From the NCBI GenBank assembly GCA_044229975.1, contig JBGARZ010000003.1, positions 1-64,000 of the forward strand: DNA of 64,000 bases. The letters are read 5' to 3'. Position 1 is the first letter of the stretch. Each line of letters starts with the position of its first letter. The notes beneath the pieces were generated by a model. That model ran no database searches. It saw only the letters and a list, made by a program, of their open reading frames with translations, and had not been told where the DNA came from. The DNA comes from Polyangiales bacterium (lineage in GTDB: Bacteria; Myxococcota_A; Polyangia; Polyangiales; Ga0077539). Shown one piece after another: positions 46,774 through 58,273 of this stretch. The position numbers and the translations under genes are program-made.

Positions 46774-49290
46774 TCAGGCGATCGCTCGCCCGCCCAGGCT
46801 CGCCACCAGCGCCACCAGCGCCTCGGGCTCCACCGGCTTCGTCATGTGGCGCTGAAAGCCCGACGCCAGCGCCCGCCTCGCGTCCTCCGCCTGCGCGTAC
46901 GCTGTCACGGCCACCGCCGGCGTGCGCCCGCCCTTCTCGGGTGACCGCGCCCTCACCTTGCGGATCAACGCGTGGCCGTCCTCCGTTGGCATCCCGATGT
47001 CGCTCACCAACACGTCGGGGCGCCGCTCGTCGAAGCTCGCCAACGCCGCCGCCACCGACCCCGCGAGCTCGACTTCGGCGCCGTCGCCGCGCAGCACCTC
47101 CGCCAGGAGCTCCCGCGCGTCGGGCTCGTCGTCGACCACCAGGACGCGCAGACCCTTCAGCACTCCCGACACCCGCTTGGGCGCCTGCTCCGTCATCGCC
47201 ACCTCGGGCACCGAGGCGCGTGGCAGCTCCTCGAACTCCAGCGGCAACGTCACCGTGAACGTCGCCCCCCGTCCAAGGCCCGCGCTCTCCGCCGACACCG
47301 TCCCACCGTGCAGCCCGATCAGGTGCCGCGCGATGGCCAACCCCAGTCCGAGGCCACCGTGTGAGCGCGTGCTGCTGCTGTCCGCCTGACGAAAACGCTC
47401 GAACACGTGCGGCAGAAACTCCGGCGCGATGCCCTCGCCGGTGTCCGTCACCACCAGGGTCACGGCCCCGTCCGAGCGCTCGGCCCGCACCGTCACCGTG
47501 CCGCCGCGCGGGGTGAACTTCACGGCGTTCCAGGTGAGGTTCCAGACCACCTGCTGGAGGCGGTCGGGGTCGCCGACGAGGGTGCCGAGGTCACTCGAAA
47601 CCTCCGCGACCAGACCGACGCCCTTCGCCTGCGCGCGCGGCCCCACCGTGTCGAGGGCGCCACGCACCACCGCGGCGAGGTCGACGGTCGCCACGGCGAG
47701 GTGCAGCTTGCCCGTCACGATGCGTGACACGTCGAGCACGTCGTCGATGAGCCGCGCCTGCGCCCGCGCGTTGCGCTCGATGACCTCCAGGCCCCGCTGC
47801 AACGCCACCGGGTCGCCCGCGCGCGCCGGGAGCATCGTCGTCCACCCGAGGATGGCCGTCATCGGCGTGCGCAGCTCGTGCGACACCGTCGCGATGAACT
47901 CGTCCTTCAGGCGGTTCGCCTCGCGCAGCTGCAGCTCCGCGTCCTTCCGGTCGGTGACGTCGACGCACACGCCCAGCATCCGCTCCAGCGCTCCGTCGGC
48001 GCCGAAGACCGGCGCCCCGCGGCCCTCGACCCAGCGCACCGTGCCGTCGGGCCGCACCACGCGATGCTCCATGCGAAGGTCGGTGCGCTCCGCGATGGCG
48101 CGCCGGATCGCGGAGCGCACGGCTTCGCGGTCGTCGGGGTGAAGCGCAGCCTGGTAGTCCTCCATCGTCCCGCCGAAGGAGCCCGGCCTGAACCCGTAGA
48201 TGCTCTCGACCCGCTCCGACCAGCGGACGCGGCCTGCGGGGACGTTCCACTCCCAGGCGCCCATGCCGCCCGCTTCGAGCGCGAGGCGCAGACGCAGCTC
48301 CTCCTCCTTCGCCCGCTCCTCGGCGCGACGGGCGTCGCCCAGCAGCCGCGCCAGCTCTTCGCGCGCCTCCCGCTCGGAGTCGTAGAGCCGCGCCCGCTCG
48401 ATGGCCTGCGAGCACTGCCGCGCGATGGCCGACAGCACCGCGCGATCGGCCTCACCGAAGCGATGCCGGTGGTCGAAGCGGAACGCCAACGCCCCGAGCA
48501 CCCTGCCCTCCAGGGAGAGCGGGAGGCAGGCCGCCGCCATGTCCACGCCGCGCTCCTCGGACATGGCCTCGGCGTCTGGAAACAGCGCGCGGTAGAGGGC
48601 ACGGGACTCGATCCACACGGGGGCGTCGCGGCGCGCGACCTCGGCGATGGGAATCGGAGCATCGAGCGAGACGCGCCCGAAGTTGGCCACCGAAGCCTCG
48701 CGGTACCCGACCTGGGCCAGCATCCGCAGTTCGCCGTCCTCCAGCAGCCAGCATCCGCCGATCGCTGCGCCGAGTGCCGCGATGCCGTGCTCGATGGAGA
48801 CGCGCGCGACGTCTTCCCGCCGGGGCGTCGCCGCGAGGGCCGCCGCCAGCGATTGGAGCTGCTCGGTGCGCACGGTGGACGCCTTGCGCTCGATGCGGTC
48901 GTCGGCCTCCCGCAACGCGCGGTGGACCACCGGGCCGAGGCGCTCCAGGTGGTCCTTGAGCACGTAGTCCGTGGCGCCCTCGCGGAGCGACTCGATGACC
49001 CTCGCCTCCCCGACGGCCCCCGACACGAACACGAACGGGAGATCCGAGAAGCGCCGACGGACCTCCGCCAGCGCCGCGAGCCCGTCCCACGCCGGCAGCA
49101 CCAGTTCGGACAGCACGAGGTCGAACTCCCTCGTCGCCAGCGCGTCGAGGAACTCGCTCCGTCCGCATGCGCGCTGCACGTCGTAGGACGCCGACTCCGC
49201 CGCGAGCAGCGACGCCACACGCCCGGCGTCGAGGTCGCTCGACTCCAGGTGCAGCACCGCGACGCGACGCCCGACGCCGCCCACCATCAC
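46774..49290 (-). CDS. Hybrid sensor histidine kinase (REC-GAF-PAS-HisKA-HATPase-REC)
   Basis: SHELRTP H-box; NLTWNAVKFT N-box; DTGEGI; GLGLGL; PAS (HPDD); C-terminal receiver VSDIGMP. Confidence 0.95.
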   Translation of the reverse strand: MMVGGVGRRVAVLHLESSDLDAGRVASLLAAESASYDVQRACGRSEFLDALATREFDLVLSELVLPAWDGLAALAEVRRRFSDLPFVFVSGAVGEARVIESLREGATDYVLKDHLERLGPVVHRALREADDRIERKASTVRTEQLQSLAAALAATPRREDVARVSIEHGIAALGAAIGGCWLLEDGELRMLAQVGYREASVANFGRVSLDAPIPIAEVARRDAPVWIESRALYRALFPDAEAMSEERGVDMAAACLPLSLEGRVLGALAFRFDHRHRFGEADRAVLSAIARQCSQAIERARLYDSEREAREELARLLGDARRAEERAKEEELRLRLALEAGGMGAWEWNVPAGRVRWSERVESIYGFRPGSFGGTMEDYQAALHPDDREAVRSAIRRAIAERTDLRMEHRVVRPDGTVRWVEGRGAPVFGADGALERMLGVCVDVTDRKDAELQLREANRLKDEFIATVSHELRTPMTAILGWTTMLPARAGDPVALQRGLEVIERNARAQARLIDDVLDVSRIVTGKLHLAVATVDLAAVVRGALDTVGPRAQAKGVGLVAEVSSDLGTLVGDPDRLQQVVWNLTWNAVKFTPRGGTVTVRAERSDGAVTLVVTDTGEGIAPEFLPHVFERFRQADSSSTRSHGGLGLGLAIARHLIGLHGGTVSAESAGLGRGATFTVTLPLEFEELPRASVPEVAMTEQAPKRVSGVLKGLRVLVVDDEPDARELLAEVLRGDGAEVELAGSVAAALASFDERRPDVLVSDIGMPTEDGHALIRKVRARSPEKGGRTPAVAVTAYAQAEDARRALASGFQRHMTKPVEPEALVALVASLGGRAIA

Positions 49291-49294
49291 GGCC

Positions 49295-49780
49295 CTACTG
49301 GGTTCGCTTGATCACGTGGAAGCCGAAGTCGGTCTCCACGATGTCGCTGATCTGACCCACCCCGAGCGCGAAGGCCGCCTGCTCGAAGGCCGGCACCATG
49401 GCGCCGCGACCGAAGGTGTTGAGGCTGCCGCCCGACGTGGCCGCGCCGGGCTCGTCGCTGTACTGCCTCGCGAGCCCCGCGAAGTCTTCTCCCGCGCGGG
49501 CCCGGCGCAGCACGTCTTCCGCGCGGGCGCGCGCCTCTTCCCGCGTGCGGGTCACGTTGGGCGGAACCCGCTCCGACCGTCGATGCATCACCAGCACGTG
49601 CGACGCGCCGATGGTGGCCGGGCCCGCCGTGGAGGGCCGCGCGGCGCTCCCCGGGGCGGGCGGCGGCGGCGGGAGCGTCGAGGTCGCGGTGCGCGCGCCG
49701 GGCTCGTCGGGCGCACGGTTGCAGCCGACGGCGAGCGCGAGGAGGGCCGAAGCGAGGAGGGTCGGGACGTGGGACTTCAT
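49295..49780 (-). CDS. Parvulin-type peptidyl-prolyl isomerase lipoprotein
   Basis: Lipobox AVGC; ASHVLV, FAGLARQYSD, MVPAFEQAAF, ETDFGFHVI. Confidence 0.93.
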   Translation of the reverse strand: MKSHVPTLLASALLALAVGCNRAPDEPGARTATSTLPPPPPAPGSAARPSTAGPATIGASHVLVMHRRSERVPPNVTRTREEARARAEDVLRRARAGEDFAGLARQYSDEPGAATSGGSLNTFGRGAMVPAFEQAAFALGVGQISDIVETDFGFHVIKRTQ

Positions 49781-49821
49781 GGCTACCGAAGCAGGTAGTG
49801 GGTTCGCTCCGACGGCGCAAG

Positions 49822-51255
<1,434 letters not shown>

Positions 51256-51256
51256 G

Positions 51257-51721
51257 TCAGCGCGCCCCCGCCGTCGCGTCGAAGCGCCCGCTCGCGTGCA
51301 GCGTCATGCGGCCCTGCACCAGCGTGGCCTCGAACTCACCCACGGCGTGGGTTCCGTCCCAGCTCGTGAGCGTGACCCAGCCCTCCTCGGGCCGCGGCTC
51401 CATCGTCTGCCCCGACGCGAAGGTGAAGCGCAGCACCGTCGGCCCGCCCGTCGCCGTGCGCTCGCCCGTCACCGCCGTCGAGGTCTCCAGCACCAGCTCG
51501 CGCACGTTGCCGCGGCTGCTGCGCGCCCGGAAGCGAAGCACCCCGAGGTTGTGGCTCACGTCGCTCGGCCGCAGCGGCATCCGCGACTCGCCCGACGCCC
51601 CGAGCGCCGCGGCGCCCGCCCCGAGCGCCGTCACCGACAGCTCGACGAAGCCCGGCGACTGCGCCTCCGCCGACACCGCCCACAACCCCGCCGCCAACGC
51701 CGTCGTCCACCATGCACGCAT
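51257..51721 (-). CDS. Small secreted hypothetical protein
   Basis: Sec signal ending AEA-Q; beta-rich mature region; fills the gap between lysC and the regulator. Confidence 0.7.
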   Translation of the reverse strand: MRAWWTTALAAGLWAVSAEAQSPGFVELSVTALGAGAAALGASGESRMPLRPSDVSHNLGVLRFRARSSRGNVRELVLETSTAVTGERTATGGPTVLRFTFASGQTMEPRPEEGWVTLTSWDGTHAVGEFEATLVQGRMTLHASGRFDATAGAR

Positions 51722-51741
51722 GCGCGGCAGACTATCACCGC

Positions 51742-52932
51742 TCACCCGTCGCAGAAGCGACGGTGCAGCGCCCGCGTCATGCCCTCGGCCTGCGCCCGCG
51801 GCACCGCCAGCGTCACGCGAAACGGCGTGCTCGCGACCGATGACGGCGCGCACCCCTCGGCCCGCGCGCAGGCCACCACGGCGCGCAGCACCGAACCGTC
51901 TTCGGTGAGTCCGTCGCCCACCGCGGAGACGCTCGCCACGTCGGCCACCACCTCGACGCCCGCCGCCACGAGCGCCGACGACGCGCGCTCCCAATCCGGA
52001 ACCCTCGGCAGCGACACCCACGCCGTCAGCCGACCGTCCGCCCAGGTCGTCGCCCGCAACGGAACGCCCTGCTCGTCGGCGAGCGCGAGCAACCCTTCGT
52101 ACTCGCCGACGTCGCGCGCCTCGGCCCGCAGGTACGCCGCGAGCACGTCGCCCACCACCGCGCGCACCTTCGTCGGCGCGGGCGGCGCGTCGGCGCGCAC
52201 CACCGTCTGCCGGGCGCTCGCATCCCCTGGCGCGTCGTCGGTGCGGCGCGCGTGGATCTCGATGCGCTCACGCTTCGCGAAGGCCACGGCCTCGGCGTTG
52301 AGCACCTTCGCGCCGACCTCGGCCATCTCCTGGAGCTCGGCGTACCCGAGCGTGGGCAGGTGCCTCGCCTCAGGCACCACGCGCGGGTCGGCGGTGTAGA
52401 CCCCGTCGACGTCGGAGTAGATCTCGCAGCGGTCGGCGCGCAGGGCAGCCGCGAGGGCGACGGCGGTGGTGTCGCTGCCGCCGCGACCGAGGGTGGTGAT
52501 CTCGCGGCGGTACGACATGCCCTGGTAGCCCGCGACGATGACCACGCGACCGCGGGCGAGCTCGTCCTCGATGCGGAACGGCCGCACCTCGATGATGCGC
52601 GCGTCGAAGTGGCGGTCGTTGGTGATGATCCCGCTCTGCGACCCTGTGAAGGAGATGGCGTCCTCGCCGCGGTGCTGGAGCGCGATGGCCAGCAGGGCCA
52701 TGGTGGTGCGCTCGCCCACCGAGAGCAGCATGTCGAGCTCGCGGCGCGCGGGCGTCGGGCTCACCTCGCGGGCCAGCGACAGGAGCTGGTCCGTCGTCTT
52801 GCCCATGGCGCTCACGACCACGACGACCTGGTGACCCGCTCGGCGTTCGGCGACGACGCGGTCGGCGACCCGCCCGAGCCGCGTGAGGTCGGCCACCGAG
52901 GAGCCACCGTACTTCTGCACGATCACGCTCAT
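51742..52932 (-). CDS. lysC: Aspartate kinase
   Basis: [33 protein letters not shown]; divergent C-terminal ACT region. Confidence 0.93.
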   Translation of the reverse strand: MSVIVQKYGGSSVADLTRLGRVADRVVAERRAGHQVVVVVSAMGKTTDQLLSLAREVSPTPARRELDMLLSVGERTTMALLAIALQHRGEDAISFTGSQSGIITNDRHFDARIIEVRPFRIEDELARGRVVIVAGYQGMSYRREITTLGRGGSDTTAVALAAALRADRCEIYSDVDGVYTADPRVVPEARHLPTLGYAELQEMAEVGAKVLNAEAVAFAKRERIEIHARRTDDAPGDASARQTVVRADAPPAPTKVRAVVGDVLAAYLRAEARDVGEYEGLLALADEQGVPLRATTWADGRLTAWVSLPRVPDWERASSALVAAGVEVVADVASVSAVGDGLTEDGSVLRAVVACARAEGCAPSSVASTPFRVTLAVPRAQAEGMTRALHRRFCDG

Positions 52933-52979
52933 GGAACGACTCCGTTACCCCGCGAGGGCCGTGGGCGTAAACTTGTCGG

Positions 52980-54509
52980 GTGTTCGGCGTCGCGGCGGTG
53001 TCACTCGCGCAGCTCCTGTCGACGTTCCCGGTGCCCGACCCGCCCGCGGCCGCGAGCGCGACGTTTGTGTTGGCCGAGGCCCGCGCAAACTGGTCCGAGG
53101 CCCTCGCCCACAACGACTACCGCGAGGATGCCCCGGCGGTGCGCGCCCTGGCCGACACCCTCGCCCCACAGCTCGTCAGCCTGTGGGGCACGGCATCGGG
53201 CGGCGGCGACCTGCGCGCGCAGCTCCTCGAACTGATGGACGCCACGGCCGGCGACGGCCTCCGCCCCTTGCTGCGCGCGAACCCGCTCCTCGCCGAGGTC
53301 CTCGGCGCCTCGTGGCTCCGCTGGCACGACGAGCTGCCGCTCATCCCGCTCACCGAAGCCGCGCCGCGCATGCTCGGGGTTCGCTCGCTCGCGACGCACC
53401 GTCCCGCCCAGGCCGTTGCGCCGCTCCTCCGGTGGTTCGCCGACACCGATGTCCACTCGCGCGACGGCGCCTGCCAGGCGGCGCTGCTGCTCCCCCTCAC
53501 CCACCGACGGCGCGTCCTCGATGCGGTGCTCCCGCAGCTCACCGCCATCGCGCCCGCCGACAACTGGCCCGCGTGCATCCGCCTCGTCATCGATCACCCG
53601 GTCGGTCGTCGGTGGCTACAAGCCGCGGTGCTCTCCCCGGCCAACGCCCCGCGCACCAACGGCCCCGAACGCTGGCCCGCCCTCGCCGCCACCCTGCTCG
53701 TCGCCTCCGGGCCCGTCGACCCGCGCTTGTCCGCAGCCCTCACGCGTTGGACGACCTTCCTCTCGACGCAGGCCGAGGGTCCCTTCCGCCGGGAGCTCGT
53801 GACGGCGCTGGAGATCCAGTCGCCGCGATGGCCCGACACCGCCCCTGCCCGCCGCCCCGCGGTGCTCGCGCTCCTCCATGCGACGGGCACCGAGGGCGTC
53901 CGCCTCTGGCCGCTGCGCCGCGCGCTCGGTGACCCGTTGCTCTTCCGCGACGCCGTCCACGCGATGGCCTCTCCGTCCCTGCAACCGCCGACGTGGGCGG
54001 TGGCCCTGCGCGTCGTCGGGCTCACGGCACCGCTCGATCCGGCCGGTCGCGCGGAGGCCATCGAGGCGGTCGACCTCCTGCGCTCGCGGCTGCGCTCGTG
54101 GGCCATCGACACCGTGTCTCCGCGCGACATCGAGCGCTGGCGCGCCGCCATCATCGACGCCCGACCCTGCGCGGGGCCCACCTGCGCCGAGACCCTGGAG
54201 CGCGCCGACGATCCGCACGCGGCGCGCACCCTGGCGCTCGGCGCTCCGCTCGAAGACCCGGCGGTCGCTCGCGTGGTGGTGCGACGGGTGGCCACGGCGG
54301 GGGAAGAGTTCGTGTCAACGGACGTGCGGCTGCCGACGCCGTCCGCGCTGGCGATGGTGGCGCTGTCGTCGGTCACGCGCTGCGGGTCGACCCTGCGTGG
54401 CCTCACCTTCGCGCGCCCCACGACCCGCATCGACAGCCACGACCACGCGCTCGACCCCTGGCGCGATCGCCTCGCCGGGTGGTGCGCCAACAGCCCGAGA
54501 CGCCCATGA
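52980..54509 (+). CDS. Hypothetical helical protein
   Basis: 509-aa ORF; ATGA overlap with the next gene; no recognisable motif. Confidence 0.65.
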   Translation: MFGVAAVSLAQLLSTFPVPDPPAAASATFVLAEARANWSEALAHNDYREDAPAVRALADTLAPQLVSLWGTASGGGDLRAQLLELMDATAGDGLRPLLRANPLLAEVLGASWLRWHDELPLIPLTEAAPRMLGVRSLATHRPAQAVAPLLRWFADTDVHSRDGACQAALLLPLTHRRRVLDAVLPQLTAIAPADNWPACIRLVIDHPVGRRWLQAAVLSPANAPRTNGPERWPALAATLLVASGPVDPRLSAALTRWTTFLSTQAEGPFRRELVTALEIQSPRWPDTAPARRPAVLALLHATGTEGVRLWPLRRALGDPLLFRDAVHAMASPSLQPPTWAVALRVVGLTAPLDPAGRAEAIEAVDLLRSRLRSWAIDTVSPRDIERWRAAIIDARPCAGPTCAETLERADDPHAARTLALGAPLEDPAVARVVVRRVATAGEEFVSTDVRLPTPSALAMVALSSVTRCGSTLRGLTFARPTTRIDSHDHALDPWRDRLAGWCANSPRRP

Positions 54510-56587
54510 CTCGCGCCGCGTGGGTCTGGTTGCTGGTCGCGTTGGGTTGCGCCGGAGCGCGGGTGGCTCCGGTCCGTCGGCGCACGCCCGCGGTCGCCGT
54601 GACCGCCCGCGTGGCCGCCGCGACGCCGCCGTCGGCCGCGTGGACCCGCATCGCGCCGCGGCACGTCTCGGGGCGCATCGAAGACGTCGCGGCGCTCGCC
54701 GACGGGCACTTCGTGGTGCTGGTCGGAACCTCCCTGCTCGGGGTGAGCCCGCGCGGCGCAGTCACGGAGGCGTGCGACCTCGACCCCAACGAGGAGGTGC
54801 GCGGACTCCACGCGAGCAACACGGGTTGGTGGGCCATCGCGGGCGACGTCGCGGCTCCGACGTTCTGGCGCGGCGACGCCACGAGCGCACCGTGTCGACG
54901 CTCCGTTCTCCCGCCCCTCGTCGCGCGCGACGCCCCACCTGGGGCACTGCACTCGGCCCGCGTCGGCGACGAGGCCATGGTCTGGTCGAGCGCCGGACCG
55001 ATGCTCCGCTCGCGCGACGGCGGACGCACGTGGGAGAGGGTTCCGCCGCTGCCCGACGTGTTGGCGGTGACCGTGAGCGGGGCCACCCTCTACGCCGCGG
55101 CGCAGCTCGGCGGACCGTCGAGCCGATCGCCCTTCGGCTCCACCGGCTACGCCCTCTTCTCCCTCGGCGACACCGACGAACACTGGATCTCCTGGGAGAC
55201 CCCCGGCGATCGCACCGCGCCCGTCGCGCTGCTGCCCCGCGCGGGCGGCGGGGTGATCGGCGTCGACGCGCTCGGCCGTTTCGAGTCCGGGCCACCCGGG
55301 GTGCCTTCCACCGCGGAGGTCTCGGGGCCCCTGTTCACGCGCGATCGTCCGACGCTCCTGATTCCCGCAGGCGACGACGTGGTGGTGGGCCTCGGACCGC
55401 AGTTGTTGTTTGAGCACCGCGACGGGCACTGGCGACCACTGCGTCCGCTGCCCGACGGGCGACGCGCCACTGCCATGGACGCGCGCGCCGACGGAACACT
55501 CGCGCTCACCGACGGACACCAGGTCTGGCAGGTGCACCCAGGCGGCGCCCCGGAGCTGGTGTTGTCCTCGCCGCTCGGGGGCCGACTCCCCGAGAGAATC
55601 GCGGCATCGGGGGCAGTGATCGCCGTGGTCTCGACCCACGGTGCGACCATTCCTCGCGACAGCGCGAGGCGGGATCGCATCCTCGCGGGGCGTGTCTTCT
55701 CGTCGGGCGGAGCGCTCTCCATCACGCGCGACGGCGGCGAGACGTGGCGCACCGAGGTGCTCCCCGAAGGCGCCGCGAGGGAGTCGACGCGCGGCCTCAC
55801 GGTGCTGCCCGACGGCCTGGTGGCGCTCATCACCGGACGATTGGAACAGGACGGACCCGTGGCGAGCCTGTGGGTGAGCGACAGCTCATTGCGGCGCGTC
55901 GACCTGCCGCACGGAGCGAGGGTCTTCGAGCCTTCGGGCGCGTCCTTGCACGCGGTGGGTGATCGCTGGTTGTTGCTCGCGGGCGACGTCTTCGTCTCGG
56001 ACGATCTCGGCGGACGATGGCGTCGCGTCCTCGGCCCGCCGTCTGGTGCCGACCCGCGCTGGAGCGTCGCTGCGCTCGCCACGTCCGCGGGTCGCGAGGT
56101 GTTCGCGCTCGACGCGGCGGGCGTGCTCTGGCGGAGCGACGACGCGGGCGATGAGTGGGTCGCGCTGCCGGGCGCCGCGCCCGCGCCCATCGATGCCAAT
56201 CCGAACCGCCTCCGTAGCGCGTGGCTGTCGTGGGACGGCGGTTCGTCGTTGGTCGGGAGCCGCCAGGGTCAGCTCCGGCGCTACGAGCGTGACGGGCGTT
56301 CGGTGCAGATCGAAACGATGCGGTCGGCCAGCTTCGGGGCGATGGTTGGCGGCGCGGTGGTGGTGGCCGCCGCGAGCAACTCGCGCGAGTGCCCGCGTGA
56401 CGTCGATTCGATGCTGTTCGTCATCGGGTCGGCGAACCCGCCTGAGCACATCGTCGACGCGTGCGACCACACTGGCGTGGCCTTCGCGCGCGACGGCGAT
56501 GCGCTCTACGTCGCCAACGCCGACGGTGTCATCGAGCGCGCCAGCCTCGCCGGCCTCCAGCGCGAGTCCGTCGAGCGCGGCCCGTAG
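54506..56587 (+). CDS. BNR/Asp-box beta-propeller lipoprotein
   Basis: Lipobox ALGC; Asp-boxes SRDGGRTW, TRDGGETW, SDDLGGRW, SDDAGDEW. Confidence 0.82.
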   Translation: MTRAAWVWLLVALGCAGARVAPVRRRTPAVAVTARVAAATPPSAAWTRIAPRHVSGRIEDVAALADGHFVVLVGTSLLGVSPRGAVTEACDLDPNEEVRGLHASNTGWWAIAGDVAAPTFWRGDATSAPCRRSVLPPLVARDAPPGALHSARVGDEAMVWSSAGPMLRSRDGGRTWERVPPLPDVLAVTVSGATLYAAAQLGGPSSRSPFGSTGYALFSLGDTDEHWISWETPGDRTAPVALLPRAGGGVIGVDALGRFESGPPGVPSTAEVSGPLFTRDRPTLLIPAGDDVVVGLGPQLLFEHRDGHWRPLRPLPDGRRATAMDARADGTLALTDGHQVWQVHPGGAPELVLSSPLGGRLPERIAASGAVIAVVSTHGATIPRDSARRDRILAGRVFSSGGALSITRDGGETWRTEVLPEGAARESTRGLTVLPDGLVALITGRLEQDGPVASLWVSDSSLRRVDLPHGARVFEPSGASLHAVGDRWLLLAGDVFVSDDLGGRWRRVLGPPSGADPRWSVAALATSAGREVFALDAAGVLWRSDDAGDEWVALPGAAPAPIDANPNRLRSAWLSWDGGSSLVGSRQGQLRRYERDGRSVQIETMRSASFGAMVGGAVVVAAASNSRECPRDVDSMLFVIGSANPPEHIVDACDHTGVAFARDGDALYVANADGVIERASLAGLQRESVERGP

Positions 56588-56646
56588 CGAGAGTCGGCTC
56601 GGGTGCGGGTCACGCCGCGACGGCGGTGGCCGCCGCCGGGCGCTGC

Positions 56647-57420
56647 CTATCGATCGCGCGGTCGCGTCGCGTCGGCACGCAGGCGGGCGAGCTCGGCTTC
56701 GGCGGCGTCCGCGCGAGCTCGTTCGGCGTCCGCGCGAGAGCGCTCCGCTTCGACGCGAGCACGCTCTGCCTCGACGAGGGCGAGTGCGGTCTCCTTGGCA
56801 GCGCGTTCGGCGTCGGCGCGCTCGCCGTCGGTGGGGAGGAGATCATCCCCGTGGGGGCCGGTGGCGACACGCAGCCGGGGGTGACCGCCGTCGTCAACCA
56901 ATCGCACCCACGCTCCGAGCGCCCGCGACTCGACGCGGTCGCCGCCGCCCGCGAACACCCGCACGAACCCCCTGCCCCGCACCCGGCGGAAGACCTGCCA
57001 GCGAACCCGCCGCTGGCTCCGCGGTCGCGCGCCCGGGTCGAAGACCACCACCCCGTCGGCGCGCATCGCCTCGTAGTCGCGCGGGGCGTCGTCGTAGTCC
57101 TTCTGCCACTTCCCGCTGACCACCTCGAGCGCGAAGGCCGGCCGGTGGCCCTCCCAGGTACACCAGCTCGGGCGGTCGGGCTCGCTCGGGGCGACGCCGT
57201 CGACCACGTACACGTCGGGCGCACGGCAGCGCTGCGGATCACCCTTCGCGAAGTACCAGAACTGGTTGCCCGACACGCGGGCCACGCGCTTCTGCGCCGC
57301 GAGCAGCGCGGCGATGAGCGGCACGAGCAGGTGCGCGATCTTGAACTGCGTCTCGTGCTCCCCTTCGTCATCCGACTCCGGGTAGACCACCAGCGCAGAA
57401 CGGGGCTTCGCGGCATCCAT
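56647..57420 (-). CDS. Uma2-family endonuclease-fold protein with C-terminal coiled coil
   Basis: APDVYVV, PAFALEVVS, VVFDP; tail of ERARAEA-like heptads. Confidence 0.88.
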   Translation of the reverse strand: MDAAKPRSALVVYPESDDEGEHETQFKIAHLLVPLIAALLAAQKRVARVSGNQFWYFAKGDPQRCRAPDVYVVDGVAPSEPDRPSWCTWEGHRPAFALEVVSGKWQKDYDDAPRDYEAMRADGVVVFDPGARPRSQRRVRWQVFRRVRGRGFVRVFAGGGDRVESRALGAWVRLVDDGGHPRLRVATGPHGDDLLPTDGERADAERAAKETALALVEAERARVEAERSRADAERARADAAEAELARLRADATRPRDR

Positions 57421-57482
57421 GACGGTCGCTGTATCACGCGCATCGACGCCCGCGCGCTGACCCCGTTCGCGGCCTGCGTGAG

Positions 57483-58268
57483 CTACCAGCCCGCGCGCTG
57501 CACGACCCAGCCCACCGCCGCACGAACGCCCGCGCCCGCCCAGAGCAGCGAGCGCGTCGCCGCTTCCGATGTCGCGCAGACCTCCGTCGTCGGCAGCGCC
57601 GTCCAGCCCGAGGCGTCGAGGCTCGACCGCGCCGACTCGGAGAGCGCGACGACGAAGCGCACCCCCAGCGAGCGAGCATCGCGCTCCAGCCCCATGAGCT
57701 CAAGCAGCGCAGAGGCATCACCCACGGCGTCGAGCGTGAGGTCGAGCAGCACCGCCTCGGCATCGCCACGCAGCAGGCGCGAGGCGGCCCGTGACACGAC
57801 CTCACGCGCTCCCTCCGCGTCGACCGCGCCGACGCCCGACACCAACCAGCGCCGCGGCGCGACCTCCAGCACCGTCACCGTCGCCGCCACCGTCGCGAGA
57901 ATCGCCGCGCGAGCCCGGTCTTCCCTGCCGCGCGCATAACCATCGAGGAGCAGCGGCCACAGCCCATCGAGCACGACCGCCGACTCAGCGCTCACGGCTT
58001 CGCGCCAGGCCAGCATGGCGCCTGCGACCACGCCGGGCGCGTACGACTGATCACCCAGGCGATACGCGAAGAGCAGGGCCAGCGAGCGCGCCTCGCTCCA
58101 GCGAACGTCGGCGGGAGCAAGCCCGTCGCAGCGACGCGCGGACTCCACGAAGGGTCGCAGCTCGTCGCCCAGGGTGACGACCCGATCGGGCGACTCTCCA
58201 GCCAACAAAGGCGAGACCGCGAGCGCCTCGCGAACCCTCTGGAGCGTGGCCTCGGGCTCCGGCTCCAT
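57483..58268 (-). CDS. RsbR-like protein with degenerate STAS domain
   Basis: C-terminal VGAVDAEGA ... AVLLDLT ... ARSLGVRFVV follows the RsbR STAS pattern; ATG lies just downstream of the upstream stop. Confidence 0.6.
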   Translation of the reverse strand: MEPEPEATLQRVREALAVSPLLAGESPDRVVTLGDELRPFVESARRCDGLAPADVRWSEARSLALLFAYRLGDQSYAPGVVAGAMLAWREAVSAESAVVLDGLWPLLLDGYARGREDRARAAILATVAATVTVLEVAPRRWLVSGVGAVDAEGAREVVSRAASRLLRGDAEAVLLDLTLDAVGDASALLELMGLERDARSLGVRFVVALSESARSSLDASGWTALPTTEVCATSEAATRSLLWAGAGVRAAVGWVVQRAGW

Positions 58269-58273
58269 GGCGA

